From Sphyrna mokarran (lineage: Eukaryota), in NCBI GenBank assembly GCA_024679065.1, contig JAGIQG010000024.1, forward strand, positions 24,614,001-24,678,000: 64,000 bases of DNA, read 5' to 3'. This document shows, one piece after another, positions 51,457-62,880 of this stretch (positions are counted from its first letter, which is position 1; every line of letters starts with the position of its first letter). A program made the translations under genes and the position numbers. The notes below the pieces were generated by a model that was not told where the DNA came from, ran no database searches, and saw nothing but the letters and a program-made list of their open reading frames with translations.

Positions 51457-51752
51457 GCGGCAGCACGGTGGCACAGTGGTTAGCACTGCTCTTTCACAGT
51501 GCCAGGGTTCTGGTTTCAATTCCAACCTAGGGTGTCTTGTCTGTGTGGAATCTGCATGTTCCCTTCATGTCTATGTGGGTTTCCTCCCACAGTCCAAAAT
51601 TGTGCAGGTTAGATAGATTAGTCATGGTAAATTTGCAGGTTTACGGGGATAAGGTGGTGGGCCTAGGTAAGATGCACTTTCAGAGAGTCAGTGCATACTC
51701 AGCGAACCAAATGGCCTCCTTCTGCTGTTTAGGGATTCCATGATCATTCCAT
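51457..51752 (+). mobile_element. HE1-like V-SINE nested in Gypsy RNase H region
   Basis: gcggcagcacggtggcacagtggttagcactgct... through to tail agggattccatga. Confidence 0.88.
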
Positions 51753-52877
51753 GATAAGTGTTCAAGGGTTTAATGTGATCAACAGTTCAAAGGTTTAAGA
51801 TTGATGATGTTTGAAACTTGTACGGCATATGTTCAAGGGAAAACGAATACGCATTGAAACACAGACTCCAGAAATCGTGATATTGAAAGTTGGAAGAAGT
51901 TGAGGAGTTGGCTATGTGATGTTAGCAGCAACTACACAAAGGTTAAGTGAATTCAAAGGGGCTAAAGATCAAGTGAGGAATGGGAGCAGATCAGAGGGTT
52001 TTACGTTAGAGGATGGCCAACCTTTCAGAATGTTCTACTTCACTTTCAAGGAAAGAAAAAATGTAAAACATAACTGTCTTTTAACATTCAGCATTCGTGA
52101 CAATATTAAGATGCTGACCATGGTGCTTGAGACTGTCACTGTCCAACATTTCAGCACTGCATACCTTTTTTTTCCGAAATCTTCTATTCCATTACAAGAA
52201 TTTCTTTGAATCGATTGACAAGACTCATCTTCAGTACAATGGAATCAGCAGGCACTTTGTGAAGTTAAAGTTGGTTTAAAATCTGAGTTCATAATTAAGG
52301 AGTGAAGGGAAGGTTGGAATAACACAGTCATCTACAGCAGGGGTTTTGTTTAAATGGACAGCCAGGTTGGTGGGCCAAAGGGCCTGTAATTTTCTTTGTT
52401 CCTTTACAGAAAATAAATGTGGTAATGCCATTGTTTTTTTAGCTTGGATTATTTCAGTGTCGTGTGCTAGGATTTTCCTTCACGCAGTATTAGTTCTGGT
52501 CCATTTTGCATTTGTTTTAATTAAGAAATGTTTGGTGTGGAAAATTGGTGGATAAAAACAACCTTCCTCCTTTTATGATGAACAGCCTTCTGGATGTCAG
52601 CTGGTTTTTGCTGCTTTGTCCAATTGGATATTGTTCATCTATGACCCTTCACAGGAATGGTAGTTATCTCTTCCTGCTCTTTATTGTCAACTTATTGTTG
52701 GTGTTGCAGCCAAATTGCACTAAGGACATATTTATCCAGGGTTCCTACACTTATTCAATAACACATATTCCATGTTGGAAATGTACATGTACTTTTCAGT
52801 CTAAGTCTGCAAACACACCCTCACAATTCACTCAAGTGGAATGGCTTTCCAGATAAGGTTTACTGAAAGGCGCTTAA

Positions 52878-52986
52878 TGTTTTAAGTTTCTTTAATTAGT
52901 GTCACAAAATGACTTAGATTAACACTGCAATGAAGTTACTGTGAAAATCCCCCTAGCCCGCCACACTCTGGCGTGTGTTGGAGTAC
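52878..52986 (-). mobile_element. V-SINE type-B tail fragment
   Basis: ttagtgtcaca...aacactgcaatgaagttactgtgaaaatccccctag. Confidence 0.75.
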
Positions 52987-53371
52987 AATATGCTGCCACA
53001 TAAAAGTGGTCTGTCTTTTTCCACCAAAGTGTCTGAAACAGCAAATCTGTAGTTAGTTAATAGTTAGCTAGTATTATTTAGTAATTAATTCTGCAGTTAG
53101 TTAGAGGGGGTGCTGAGGATAGGGAAGTGGCAAAATTGGATGCAGTGGCAATGTCACAAGTCTCTCCCAGTTATCTCAATTCAATAGTAAGCTGTCACCA
53201 CCAGTTTGAAGCGGAAAATGTTTTCGCTTGTCTTGGTCTTGCTGAACTCATTGCAAAATTCCAGGCAGTAAGCTCACCATTCATTGGCAAAGTCGGTCCA
53301 TAGGAATGTGACTGGCATAGTCATTGTAGGGTCCTGCAGCATATTATATTTTATTTTCACTTCTTTACTCT

Positions 53372-53672
53372 GACACAGCATAGTGGTTAGCACTGCTGCC
53401 TTACAGCGCCAGGGACCTCGCATTTGATTCCTGGCTTGGGTCACTGCCTGTGCGGCATCTGCATGTTCTCCCCATGTCTGCATAGGTTTCCTCCAGATTC
53501 TCCAGTTTCCCCACACAGTCTGAAAGGTGTGCTGATTAGATGCATTGGCCATGCTAAGTTCTCCCCCAGTGTACCTGAACAGGTGGCAGAATGTGGTGAC
53601 TAGGGGATTTTCACAGTAACTTCATTGCAGTGTTAATGTAAGCCTATTTGTGACACTAATAAATAAGCTTAA
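53372..53672 (+). mobile_element. V-SINE with type-B tail
   Basis: Head gtggttagcactgctgccttacagcgccagggac, V-domain, tail ttgtgacactaataaataagctt. Confidence 0.88.
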
Positions 53673-54129
53673 AATATTTCAGAAACAAACTTCAGATTCT
53701 AAAAATAATGGGTAAGATTGCAACTGACTCATCCGAACTGAGGTTAAAACTTTTCTTTAAAAAAATCTTAACGTTCAAGCCTTTTGTATTTTCTCATTAG
53801 GAAATGATCTCCCTCCGCACTCCCAAGCCTGTGTTTTGGTTTATTTACTTATATTGAAATCTGTTAAAAATGTTCATTGAGAAACGGAGTTAAGTATTGA
53901 TAATTGCGACCACCCCCCGAATGTGGCTCTGATGAAGAAATAAAAGCTGTTTCAATGAGATGACATTCACAAGTCATAATTTAAAATTCAACATGTCTTT
54001 ATCTGTCCAGGTATAAATCAACTTGCTGACCGCTTAAACTTCAGTGGCAGAATAATAAATTGAATTTAAATCTGGGTGAGTTTTTATTATAAACATACTT
54101 CATGTATAAAATATTAAAAACCCATGGAC

Positions 54130-54368
54130 TGATTTGATTTTGATTTATTATTGTCACATGTATTAGTACATGTATTGTCACATGTATTAGTATTTTTCCT
54201 GATGGAAGAAGGTGGAAGAGAGTATATCTGGGCTACATGACTATGTGGGCTGCTTTTCCGAGGCAGTGGGAAGTGTAGGCAGAGTCAGTGGATGGGAGGT
54301 GGGCTCCGTTCACGATTCTTTGTAGTTTCCTGTGATCTTGGACAGAGCAGGAGCCATACCAAGCTGTG
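54130..54368 (-). mobile_element. Rex1/Babar 3' fragment with internal deletion
   Basis: tgatttgattttgatttattattgtcacatgtattag and ggacagagcaggagccataccaagctgtg. Confidence 0.8.
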
Positions 54369-54949
54369 CAAAATGTTTAATAAGTGACATTTGAAAATTG
54401 CAATAATGGATAATATAATGCTGCTGTTGGTGTAAAATTGGACGTCTTCTGTTCTCAGCTATCTTGTGCCTCATCGTGATAAGTGCAAACATTTTATGCC
54501 TGGAAACATTTTTAGTAAACAAACATGTGATATTTTAACAAAGAAAAGAGGCTTTATCGCACTGGGAAATGCAGCTTCATCTAAGGGTTGCTGTTCTACG
54601 CACCACATAGTCTTGGGGCCAGAACTGACCAGAATAATGCTTTCATGTTTTGACAAATTAAGAACAAGCAGCTTCTGCACTGATGTGGGGTGATGGCATC
54701 ACATCTTCCATAACATCTGATCATAAACCCTGATGCTAATAATCAATTTATCATCTTGACGGTAAAGTTGCCACATTTTGGGTGAAATTTTATCAATTTT
54801 TTGACTTCATTTTCAAAAACAGTGTGCTTCCCCTGGCTCCACTGCTGGCTTTTCCCGCCATATTTAAATTTAAAAAAGGTTGTGGAGGTGGGTCCTATGA
54901 GAACCCATCCCAGCTGCAAGCCTGAGCTTCAAGAAGTCTGATAATAAGA

Positions 54950-55220
54950 ACGTGAACATAAGAACTAGGAGCAGGTGTAGGCCATCCACTCCCTCGAGCT
55001 TGCTCCGCCATTCAATAAGATCATGGCTGATTTTTTTGTGGACTTAGCTCCACTCAACCACCCCTCACCATAACCCTTAATTCCTTTACTGTTCAAAAAC
55101 TTATCTATTCTTACCTTAAAAACATTCAACGAGGTAACCCCAACAGATTCACTGGTCGGAGAATTCCACAGATTTTGTGTGAAGAAGTTCCTGCTCAACT
55201 CAGTCCTAAATCTGCTTCTG
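54950..55220 (-). mobile_element. CR1 3' end, nested in a MITE-like element (about 54780-55690)
   Basis: RFRTELSRNFFTQNLWNS...FKVRIDKFLNSKGIKGYG and tail aagaacgtgaacataagaactaggagcagg. Confidence 0.85.
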
Positions 55221-55719
55221 TTTAATAAAGGAGCCCCTCCCATGCTGAAGCGAACTCCTTCCCCACATCCCCCCCACAAGAAAATAGGGAACCCATCCCA
55301 TCTACCTCACCTGGTCAGTGCTAAGACATTGCCAGGATACTGCCTGGGATGACCCTCTGCACTCTGGACTCTATACTTAGCTGTGCGCCCCATCCCCATT
55401 TGGCAAATCCCTGCCAAAGTGACACTATGCCAACGAGGAGGGAAACTGTAATGCCAGGGGTGTTCGATACAGTGGGGAATCCCACAAATGATATGTTAAT
55501 GTATGACAATGGGGTTCCAATCTTACATGGCAGGAATGCCATTATGTCATTGGTGGGCGGGGTGGGGGGGGCAGATGCAATTGAAAGGGGAAATCTCGGA
55601 AGTGTAAAATCATTTGGGGGCTTCCGTTGATTTCTCAGCCCTCACCAGCTTCCCTACCCATCAAAAACAAGGAGTGGAGAATCCCAGATGAATCATTTCT
55701 ATAACCATAAAAAAATTAT

Positions 55720-56676
55720 GGCCGGGATTCTCCCAAAAGAAATTCTAAGTCCTCAATTTGCAGGAAAATGGGAGTAAATCCCATTGGTTTTTCCAGCGTG
55801 ATTCCAAAGTGAATCCCCAACACTCTGCATCACAGACTGCCTCAACAGGATTCACTCTGGAACACAGGGAGCGGGGCCTATTCCCACTGGAGAGGCCAGC
55901 AGTATAGTGCTGATCTGTTGATCTGTCAAAGCTGAGATTGGCACTTGCACAGTGGCGCTGTATTGCCAGCCTCCCGAGTGCTGGCCAGCCCTACAATTTC
56001 TCATCACTAGCCTCCCGGATCTACAAGGCCAGCCCCAATCTCCCGTTCCTCTCCCACACCCCCAACCCAGCCAGCTCTGATCTCCAGATTCACCTGCTAC
56101 CCCCCACCCACCTCCCATCAGCCCAACCACCCACCTTCTTCCCCACCAACCCAGATGGCCAGCCCTGATCTCCTTCTGCCAACAATCCTAATGAAGAGTG
56201 GCAGCAGGTTCCCCACCCTCACCACCAATTGCTTTCAAGTAGGTCCTGCCCCTCTCTTGCCCCACCTCCCTTGGCACTACTCGATGCCTAGTGGACAGTG
56301 CCAAAGTGCCCTTCGGACAGTGCCAGTTTGCCCCTTGGGTAGTGCCAACTTGCCAAGCTGGCACTGCCCAGGTGGCACCCTCCCTTACCTTTGACCTGGA
56401 ACAGCCTCAATGGCCTCTGTTCCCTCCAGAGGGATTGGCTGCCTGTTCTCTGTTAGTGAGAAGCAGGAGTAAGTCCTGCTGGAGAGAACCATTTCCGTGG
56501 AGGGGTGGGGGAGTGCCTGGAGACTTCCATCCCGGTTCCGCTAATCACATGGAAATGAAAACTTGAATCTGGTTAATGCCGAAAATCTTTGGCTGGGAGA
56601 TGCGTAGAGGCTCTGCTGATATCTCCTGGCCCACTGTTCTCCTGCAGCAGTGCATTGAGCTGAGAGAATCACCTCC
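55720..56676. mobile_element. Non-autonomous PIF/Harbinger-like element, same family as 998-1701
   Basis: Left TIR GGCCGGGATTCTCCCA identical to the 998 copy, right end TGAGAGAATCACCTCC, TSD TAT, colinear internal blocks. Confidence 0.75.
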
Positions 56677-56820
56677 TATATCTGGTGTGTCAGTGACTGA
56701 GATTGACTTTTACATCAGAATTCAGTGAGAGAAGGTACTTATCCATTTCATGAATCTGCTGCATCATGTATGGTTGGTTTCGTCACTTCTAAGCATTTTT
56801 TGTTTGAATCTGGACTGTAT

Positions 56821-56940
56821 CAAAGAACAAAGAACAAAACAGCACGGGAAACAGGCCCATCGGCCCAACGAGCCCACGCCGCCACCTCGATGTTCCCACT
56901 TCTACCCATGATCCCTGTCATCCCTGTCTATGTTTACAGA
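56821..56940 (-). mobile_element. CR1-type 3' tail with (TTCTTTG)n
   Basis: caaagaacaaagaacaaaacagcacgggaaacaggcccatcggcccaacgagcccacgccgcc, near-identical to 56964-57012. Confidence 0.8.
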
Positions 56941-56943
56941 TCT

Positions 56944-58652
56944 TAAGAGTTAAGAGTTAAGAGCAACACAGCACGGGAAACAGGCCCTTCGGCTCAACGA
57001 GCCCGCGCCGCCATCATAACTATATAGTAGCAATTCCATTATCCTATTATAAATTAAGGTTATTCCTAATATGGAAGACTCTCACTATAGGGACAATTTG
57101 TTTCCCAATCAGCCTAAGAGCGAATTTTTGGGTTGTGGGAGGAAACCGGAGCGCCCAGAGAAAACCCACGCAACCACGGGGAGAACGCGCAAACTCCCGC
57201 AGACACCGGCCCAATTCCAAGTGTCTGCACAGCCACATCGATAGTCTCTGAGCTGTCATGGTGCCCTTCAGATGGTCCACATAAAGCACTCATTTACGAC
57301 ATGAAGTACCAGGCAACCCATGAATCAACATCCAAGAGCTGTCCTTGCACCACCTGCCGAATGCATGCTCTTTGTTGGTCAAGTGTGGACCGAATTACCT
57401 GTGGAAAAAAAGCCGTAGTTAAACAGTCCTACTATATCCCTCTATCTGCATACCGCTCATGTGGCTGTCCAAGAGACCCTTAAACAGCCCTAGCGTGCCT
57501 GCTCCCACCACCTTACTCGGCAGTGCATTCCACACCCCCACTACCCTTTGTGTGAAAAACTGCCCTCTAATATTCGTCTTATACATAGCCCCCCTCACCC
57601 TATGGCCATGACCCCTCGTCCTATCCATTTCTGAAGGTGGAAAAAGTTTACCTCCATTTACTCTATCTATACCCCTTATAATCTTATACACCTCTATGAG
57701 ATCCCCTCTAAGCCGACGTCTTTCAAGGGAAAACAACCCCAGTCTATTTAATCGTTCCTCATAAGACAGTCCTTCCATACCAGGCATCATCCTGGTAAAC
57801 CTCCTCTGCACTCTCTCCAAGGACTCCACATCCTTCCGATAGTACGGCGACCAGAACTGGACGCAGTATTCCAAGTGAGGCCTAACCAACGTTCTATACA
57901 ACTGCAACATCAAACTCCTACTCTTGTATTCTATACCCTTTTCTATGAAAGCTAACATACTATACGCCTTCTTTATCACCTTCTCCACCTGTGAGGACAC
58001 CTTCAGAGACTTGTGAACCTGCACCCCCAAGTCTCTCTGCGTCTCTATGCTCCATATAGTTTTACCTTTTATCCTATAACTCTCTTCTACATTTTTCCGG
58101 CCAAAATGCATCACCTCGCATTTATCCAGATTAAATTCCATTTGCCATCTATCTGCCCAGTCTACCAACCTATCTATGTCCTGTTGTATTGCCTGACACT
58201 GCTCCTCTGTACCCGCCAATCCAAGCATCTTGGTCATCAGCAAATTTGCTGATCTCACCACCTACCCCAACTTCCAAATCGTTTATGTAGACCACAAATA
58301 GAAGAGGACCTAGTACTGAGCCTTGTGGCACTCCACTAGTGACAGGCTTCCAGCCGGAAAAAGAGCCTTCCACTACTACCCTCTGTCTCCTCCTCCCGAG
58401 CCAGTTCTCGACCCATCTACATACCCGACCCTGTATCCCATGCGCCTTCACCTTCTCTATCAGTCTACCATGAGGAACCTTGTCAAACGCCTTACTGAAA
58501 TCCATGTAGATGACATCAACAGCATGTCCTTCATCAACTGTTTTTGTCACTTCCTCAAAAAATTCCACTAGATTTGTAAGACAAGACTTCCCCTTGACGA
58601 AGCCATGCTGCATATCCCTGATCAGATCGCAGCGCTCCAGATGCTCATACAT
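56944..58652 (-). mobile_element. Young 5'-truncated CR1 LINE with a long 3' UTR containing a V-SINE core
   Basis: ORFs 58170-58652 and 57419-58261 encode RT ([43 protein letters not shown]) with one frameshift near 58235. V-domain at 57134-57205. (TCTTAAC)n tail. Confidence 0.9.
57419..58652 (-). pseudogene. CR1 ORF2 reverse transcriptase, truncated and frameshifted
   Basis: Continuous CR1 ORF2 similarity over two overlapping frames. Confidence 0.92.
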
Positions 58653-58875
58653 TATGCATTAGAACCAAATTTGAGGCAATTTAAGGAGAATTTGTTCTGC
58701 TAATCATTCTAAGAGCACATCTTTGGGATGTGGGAGGAAAACCGGGGCACCTGGAGAAAACCCACGCAAGCATGGGGAGAATGCGCAAACTCCCACAGAC
58801 ACAGGCCCAAATCCACGTATCTGCACAGCACAGCGATAGTCACTGAGCTGTCGTGTTGCCCATCAACTGGTCCAG
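58653..58875 (-). mobile_element. Second, diverged copy of the V-domain plus decayed-head module
   Basis: tgggaggaaaaccggggcacctggagaaaacccacgc...ggcccaaatcca...tctgcacagc...cgatagtcactgagctgtc...tggtcca, colinear with 57134-57279. Confidence 0.8.
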
Positions 58876-59399
58876 GTCAAGCATTTGAAAACATTGAAGT
58901 TGCACTGCCTTAATAAAAACTCTTGAAGCATCATATGATGTGAGAAGCAGTACTGTGCACAGAATAGTGAAGCTCTAGCAGGGTTGTTGAAGCAGGTTAT
59001 CTGAATGTTATTAGTTCTGACTGAGTGCAGTACTAATCCGGTGCCAAGGAAAGCTTTTTAAAGCCCAGGTGTGCTCAATACAAATTTACACTGAACCTTC
59101 AGCTGTGTCCTTTGCATTTGTCTGAGCATTCTGCCCAGTGCTCCAGTGATTAATAGTCATTAAGTATATAAATCACCTGAAAGCAGTGTGTGTTGTTATC
59201 ACATTTGGTGTTTCAATGCTCTGTGCAAGAGAGAAGTGAGATGAGTATTTGTGTCTGCAGCCTTTTCCAGCCACATTGATGGCCAGCAAAGAAAAAAACA
59301 GCAGGAAACAAAAAGAATGTCTCCTCTCATGGTGAAGGGCATAACTATAGCCCTTCAATTTAAGGCGTTAACTCAAGAAATGCATTTGCTCAAAACAGC

Positions 59400-61765
59400 A
59401 GTAGTAATGGGGGACTTTAACTTTTCTAATATCGATTGGAAAAGCTATAGTTCAAGTACATTAGAGGGGTCAGTTTTTGTTCAATGTGTGCAGGAAGGTT
59501 TCATGACTCAGTATGTAGATAGGCCAACAAGAGGTGAGGCTATATTGGATTTGGTACTGGGTAATGAACCAGACCAGGTGTTAGACTTGGAGGTGGGTGA
59601 GCACTTTGGTCTTAGTGACCACAATTCGGTTACGTTTACCTTAGTCTTGGAAAGGGATAGGCACATACCGAATAACAGTAATTATAGCTGGGGGAAAGGT
59701 AATTATGAGGCTATTAGGAGAGATTTAGGATGCATAGGGTGGAGCAGGATATTGCAGGGGCTGGGGACATCTGAAATGTGGAGCATATTTAAGGAACAGC
59801 TTCTGCATGTCCTTAATGAATATGTACCTGCCAGGCAGGGGGGAAGTGGTCGAGTGAGGGAACCATGGTGTACTAGGGAAGTTGAATCTCTGGTGAAGAG
59901 GAAGAAGGAGGCTTATATAATGATGAGCCGTGAAGGCTCAGTTAGGGCACTGGAGAGCTATAAATTAGCCAGGAAGGAGCTAAAGAGGGAGTTGAGAAGA
60001 GCTAGAAGAGGACACGAGAAGATTTTGGCAGATAGGATTAAGGAGAATCCTAAAGCTTTTTATAGGTATATAAATAATAAAAGATTGGTTAGGGCAAGAT
60101 TAGGGCCAGTCAGAGATAGCAGTGGGAAGTTGTGCGTGGAGCATGAGGAGATAGGAGAGACACTGAATGAGTATTTTTCGTCAGTATTCACGCAGGAGAA
60201 AGACAGTGTTGTCAGGGAGAATACTGCGATACCAGGTTGTAGACTGGGTAGGATTGAGGTTCATAAGGAGGAGGTGTTAGCGAATCTTGAGGGTATGAAA
60301 ATTGATAAGTCCCCTGGGCCAGATGGGATTTACCCTAGGATTCTCTGGGAGGATAGAGAGGAGATTGCAGAGCCTTTGGCTTTGATCTTCATGTCGTCGT
60401 TGGCTACAGGTATAGTGCCGGAAGACTGGAGGATGGCAAATGTTGTCCCTTTGTTCAAAAAGGGGAGTAGGGACCATCCTGGAAATTATAGACCGGTGAG
60501 CCTGACTTCTGTTGTGGGCAAAGTCTTGGAAAGAATTATAAGGGATAGGATTTATAAGCATCTAGAGAGAAATAAATTGATTAGGGATAGTCAGCACGGT
60601 TTTGTGAAGGGTAGGTCGTGCCTCACAAACCTTATTGAGTTTTTTGAGGAGGTGACCAAAGAGGTAGATAAGGGTAAGGCAGTTGATGTAGTGTATATGG
60701 ATTTTAGCAAAGCGTTTGATAAGGTTCCCATGGTAGGCTACTGCAGAAAGTGCAGATGCATGGGATTGAAGGTGATTTAGCAGTTTGGATTAGGAATTGG
60801 CTAGCTGATAGAAGACAGAGGGTGGTGGTTGATGGGAAATATTCAACCTGGAGTGCAGTTACAAGTGGTGTACCTCAAGGATATGTTTTGGGGCCACTGC
60901 TGTTTGTCATTTTTATAAATGACCTAGATGAGGGTGTAGAGGGTTGGATTAGTAAATTTGCTGACGATACCAAAGTGAGGGGAGTTGTAGATAGCGAGGA
61001 TGGATTTACAGTTTGCAGAGGGACATAGATAGGTTGCAGAGCTGGGCCGTGAGGTGGCAAATGGAATTCAATACGGATAAGTGTGAGGTGATTCACTTTG
61101 GTAAGAATAACAGGCATATGAAATATAGGGCTAATGGAAGGACCCTTAATAGTGTTGTCGAGCAGAGGGATCTTGGGGTACAAGTACATATGTCTTTGAA
61201 AGTTGGCACCCAGGTTGATAAAGTTGTTAAGAAGGCGTACAGTGTGTTAGCTTTTATTGGTAGAGGGATTGAATTTAGGAGCCGTGAGGTTATGTTACAA
61301 CTGTACAAAACTCTGGTGCGGCCGCACTTGGAGTATTGCGTACAGTTCTGGTCGCCGCATTATAAGAAAGATGTGGAAGCATTGGAAAGGGTGCAGAGGA
61401 GGTTTACCAGGATGTTGCCTGGTATGGTGGGAAGGCCTTATGAGGAAAGGCTGAGGGACCTGAGGTTATTTTCATTAGAGAGAAGAAGGTTACGCGGTGA
61501 CCTAATTGAGGCGTATAAGATGATCAAAGGACTGGATAGGGTGGATAGTGAGAGCCTTTTTCCTCGGATGGGGATGACCAACATGAGGGGACATAACTTT
61601 AAATTAAGAGGTGGTAGTTATAGGACGGATGTCAGAGGCAGGTTCTTTACACAGAGGGTGGTGAGGGCGTGGAATGCCCTGCCTGCAGCAGTTGTGGACT
61701 CGCCTACTTTGGGGGCATTCAAATGGTCGGTGGATAGGCATATGGATGATATTGGAATAGTTTAG
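59400..61765 (+). pseudogene. CR1 ORF2 (endonuclease-reverse transcriptase), two frameshifts, no internal nonsense codons in the tracked frames
   Basis: ORFs 59251-60780, 60750-61028 and 61013-61765 join into one ORF2. Confidence 0.93.
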
Positions 61766-61839
61766 GTTAGAGGGTCCACTGGCTGGCGCAACATCGAGGG
61801 CCGAAGGGCCTGTACTGCGCTGTAATGTTCTATGTTCTA
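59400..61839 (+). mobile_element. Young CR1 (HER1-like) LINE, 5'-truncated inside the endonuclease domain
   Basis: VVMGDFN...ILDLVL...SDHN (APE endonuclease C-terminus), KSPGPDGI, NYRPVSLTS, KFADD. Frameshifts near 60730 and 61005, stop at 61765, tail (ATGTTCT)n. Confidence 0.95.
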
Positions 61840-61871
61840 ATGTAGAATTTCCTGCAACAGGGAGCTCTTTA

Positions 61872-62282
61872 AAATTCATTCATGGGACTTGGGCATCGCT
61901 GGCTGGCCAGTATTTATTGTCCATCTCTAGTAACACCTGAGAAGGTGCTGGTGAGCGATTGATACAATTTGGTGTCTTGCTGGGCCATTTCAGAAGGCCG
62001 TTGAAAGTCAAGCACATTGCTGTGGCTCTGGAGTCACATGTAGACCAGACCGGGTAAGGACAGCAGATTTCCCTCCCTAAAGGACATTAGTGAACTAGAT
62101 GGGTTTTTTCTCTGACAGTCAACATAGGTTTCACGGTCATGTGTAGAACTTAATTCCAGATTTTTCTTTATTGAATTCAAATGCCACCATCTGCTGAGGT
62201 GGAACTCAAACCTGGGTCCCTAGAACATGAGCTGAGCTGCTGGATTAAAAATCTGGCAATTAATACCACTAGGCCACCACCT
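61872..62282 (-). mobile_element. Second-family tRNA SINE, full length
   Basis: Reverse complement of the 39988 family, head ...aataccactaggccacc. Confidence 0.85.
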
Positions 62283-62557
62283 AGTTAATAGTAAAGATGC
62301 ATCTCTGGAGAAGCGAGGCAGGCGTATGAGGGAGAAGGGAAAATGTCCTTACAATGATGGATTTAAATAAGAAAGATAGAAGGAGACTCGATAAATACCA
62401 CAGGCTGGGTCAACTGACATGTTTGTGTGCTCCATATACAATGAAATGATACAGTACCTATTGCTTCCAGTTCAGCAATGGGAGAAATCCCAAAACTTTG
62501 AAATACAACCAATAACCTCCAGATAGTGTCTGACTGTTATTTGAAAGAGGAACTCTG

Positions 62558-62880
62558 TGGGCAGCATGGTGGCTCAATGGTAAGCACTGCTGCCTCACAG
62601 TGCCGGAGACTCGGATTCAATTCCACCTTAGGACACTGTCTGTGTAGAATTTTGCACATTATTCCCATGTCTGCGTGGGTTTCCTCCGTGTGCTCTGGTT
62701 TCCTCCGACAGCCTAAAGATGTGCAGGTTAGGTTAATTGGCCATACTAAATTGACCCTAGAGTTAAGGGGATTAGCAAGGTAAATATATGGGATTACAGG
62801 AATAGGGCCTAGGTGTGATTGTGATTGGTGCAGACTCGATGGGCTGAATGGCCTTCTGTACTGTACAGTTTCTATGATTC
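62558..62880 (+). mobile_element. HE1-like V-SINE, full length
   Basis: gggcagcatggtggctcaatggtaagc, ggattcaattcc, V-domain, tail tctatgattct. Confidence 0.9.

Larger units (their letters stand above)
47900..51900 (+). mobile_element. Decayed Ty3/Gypsy LTR retrotransposon (gag-PR-RT-RH), heavily nested; no integrase recognised
   Basis: Gag EQVSTSLY...LESYF...EHAKFNK (48590-48790); zinc-knuckle remnant QCHWWKKMDH (about 49330-49360); protease FKLDTGA (49931-49951); RT ICVD...KLLTTFITPFGKFFFN (50430-50640); RNase H YYTSYLLTETE...IEKEA (51285-51350); PBS-like TGGTGTCA at 48401. LTR limits uncertain. Confidence 0.85.

Noticed and set aside
53925-53950. CTGATGAAG as another hammerhead
   Set aside because: No stem II and no correctly placed GAAA.
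57067-57093. Resemblance to the T7 promoter (taatatggaagactctcactataggg)
   Set aside because: Only CTCACTATAGGG matches, spacing is wrong, and it lies within a retroelement UTR with no other vector sequence. Coincidence.
59251-59399. N-terminal extension of the 509-aa ORF suggesting a host-LINE fusion protein
   Set aside because: Flanking DNA that happens to be open in frame. It starts at a non-ATG codon and has no promoter or splice support.
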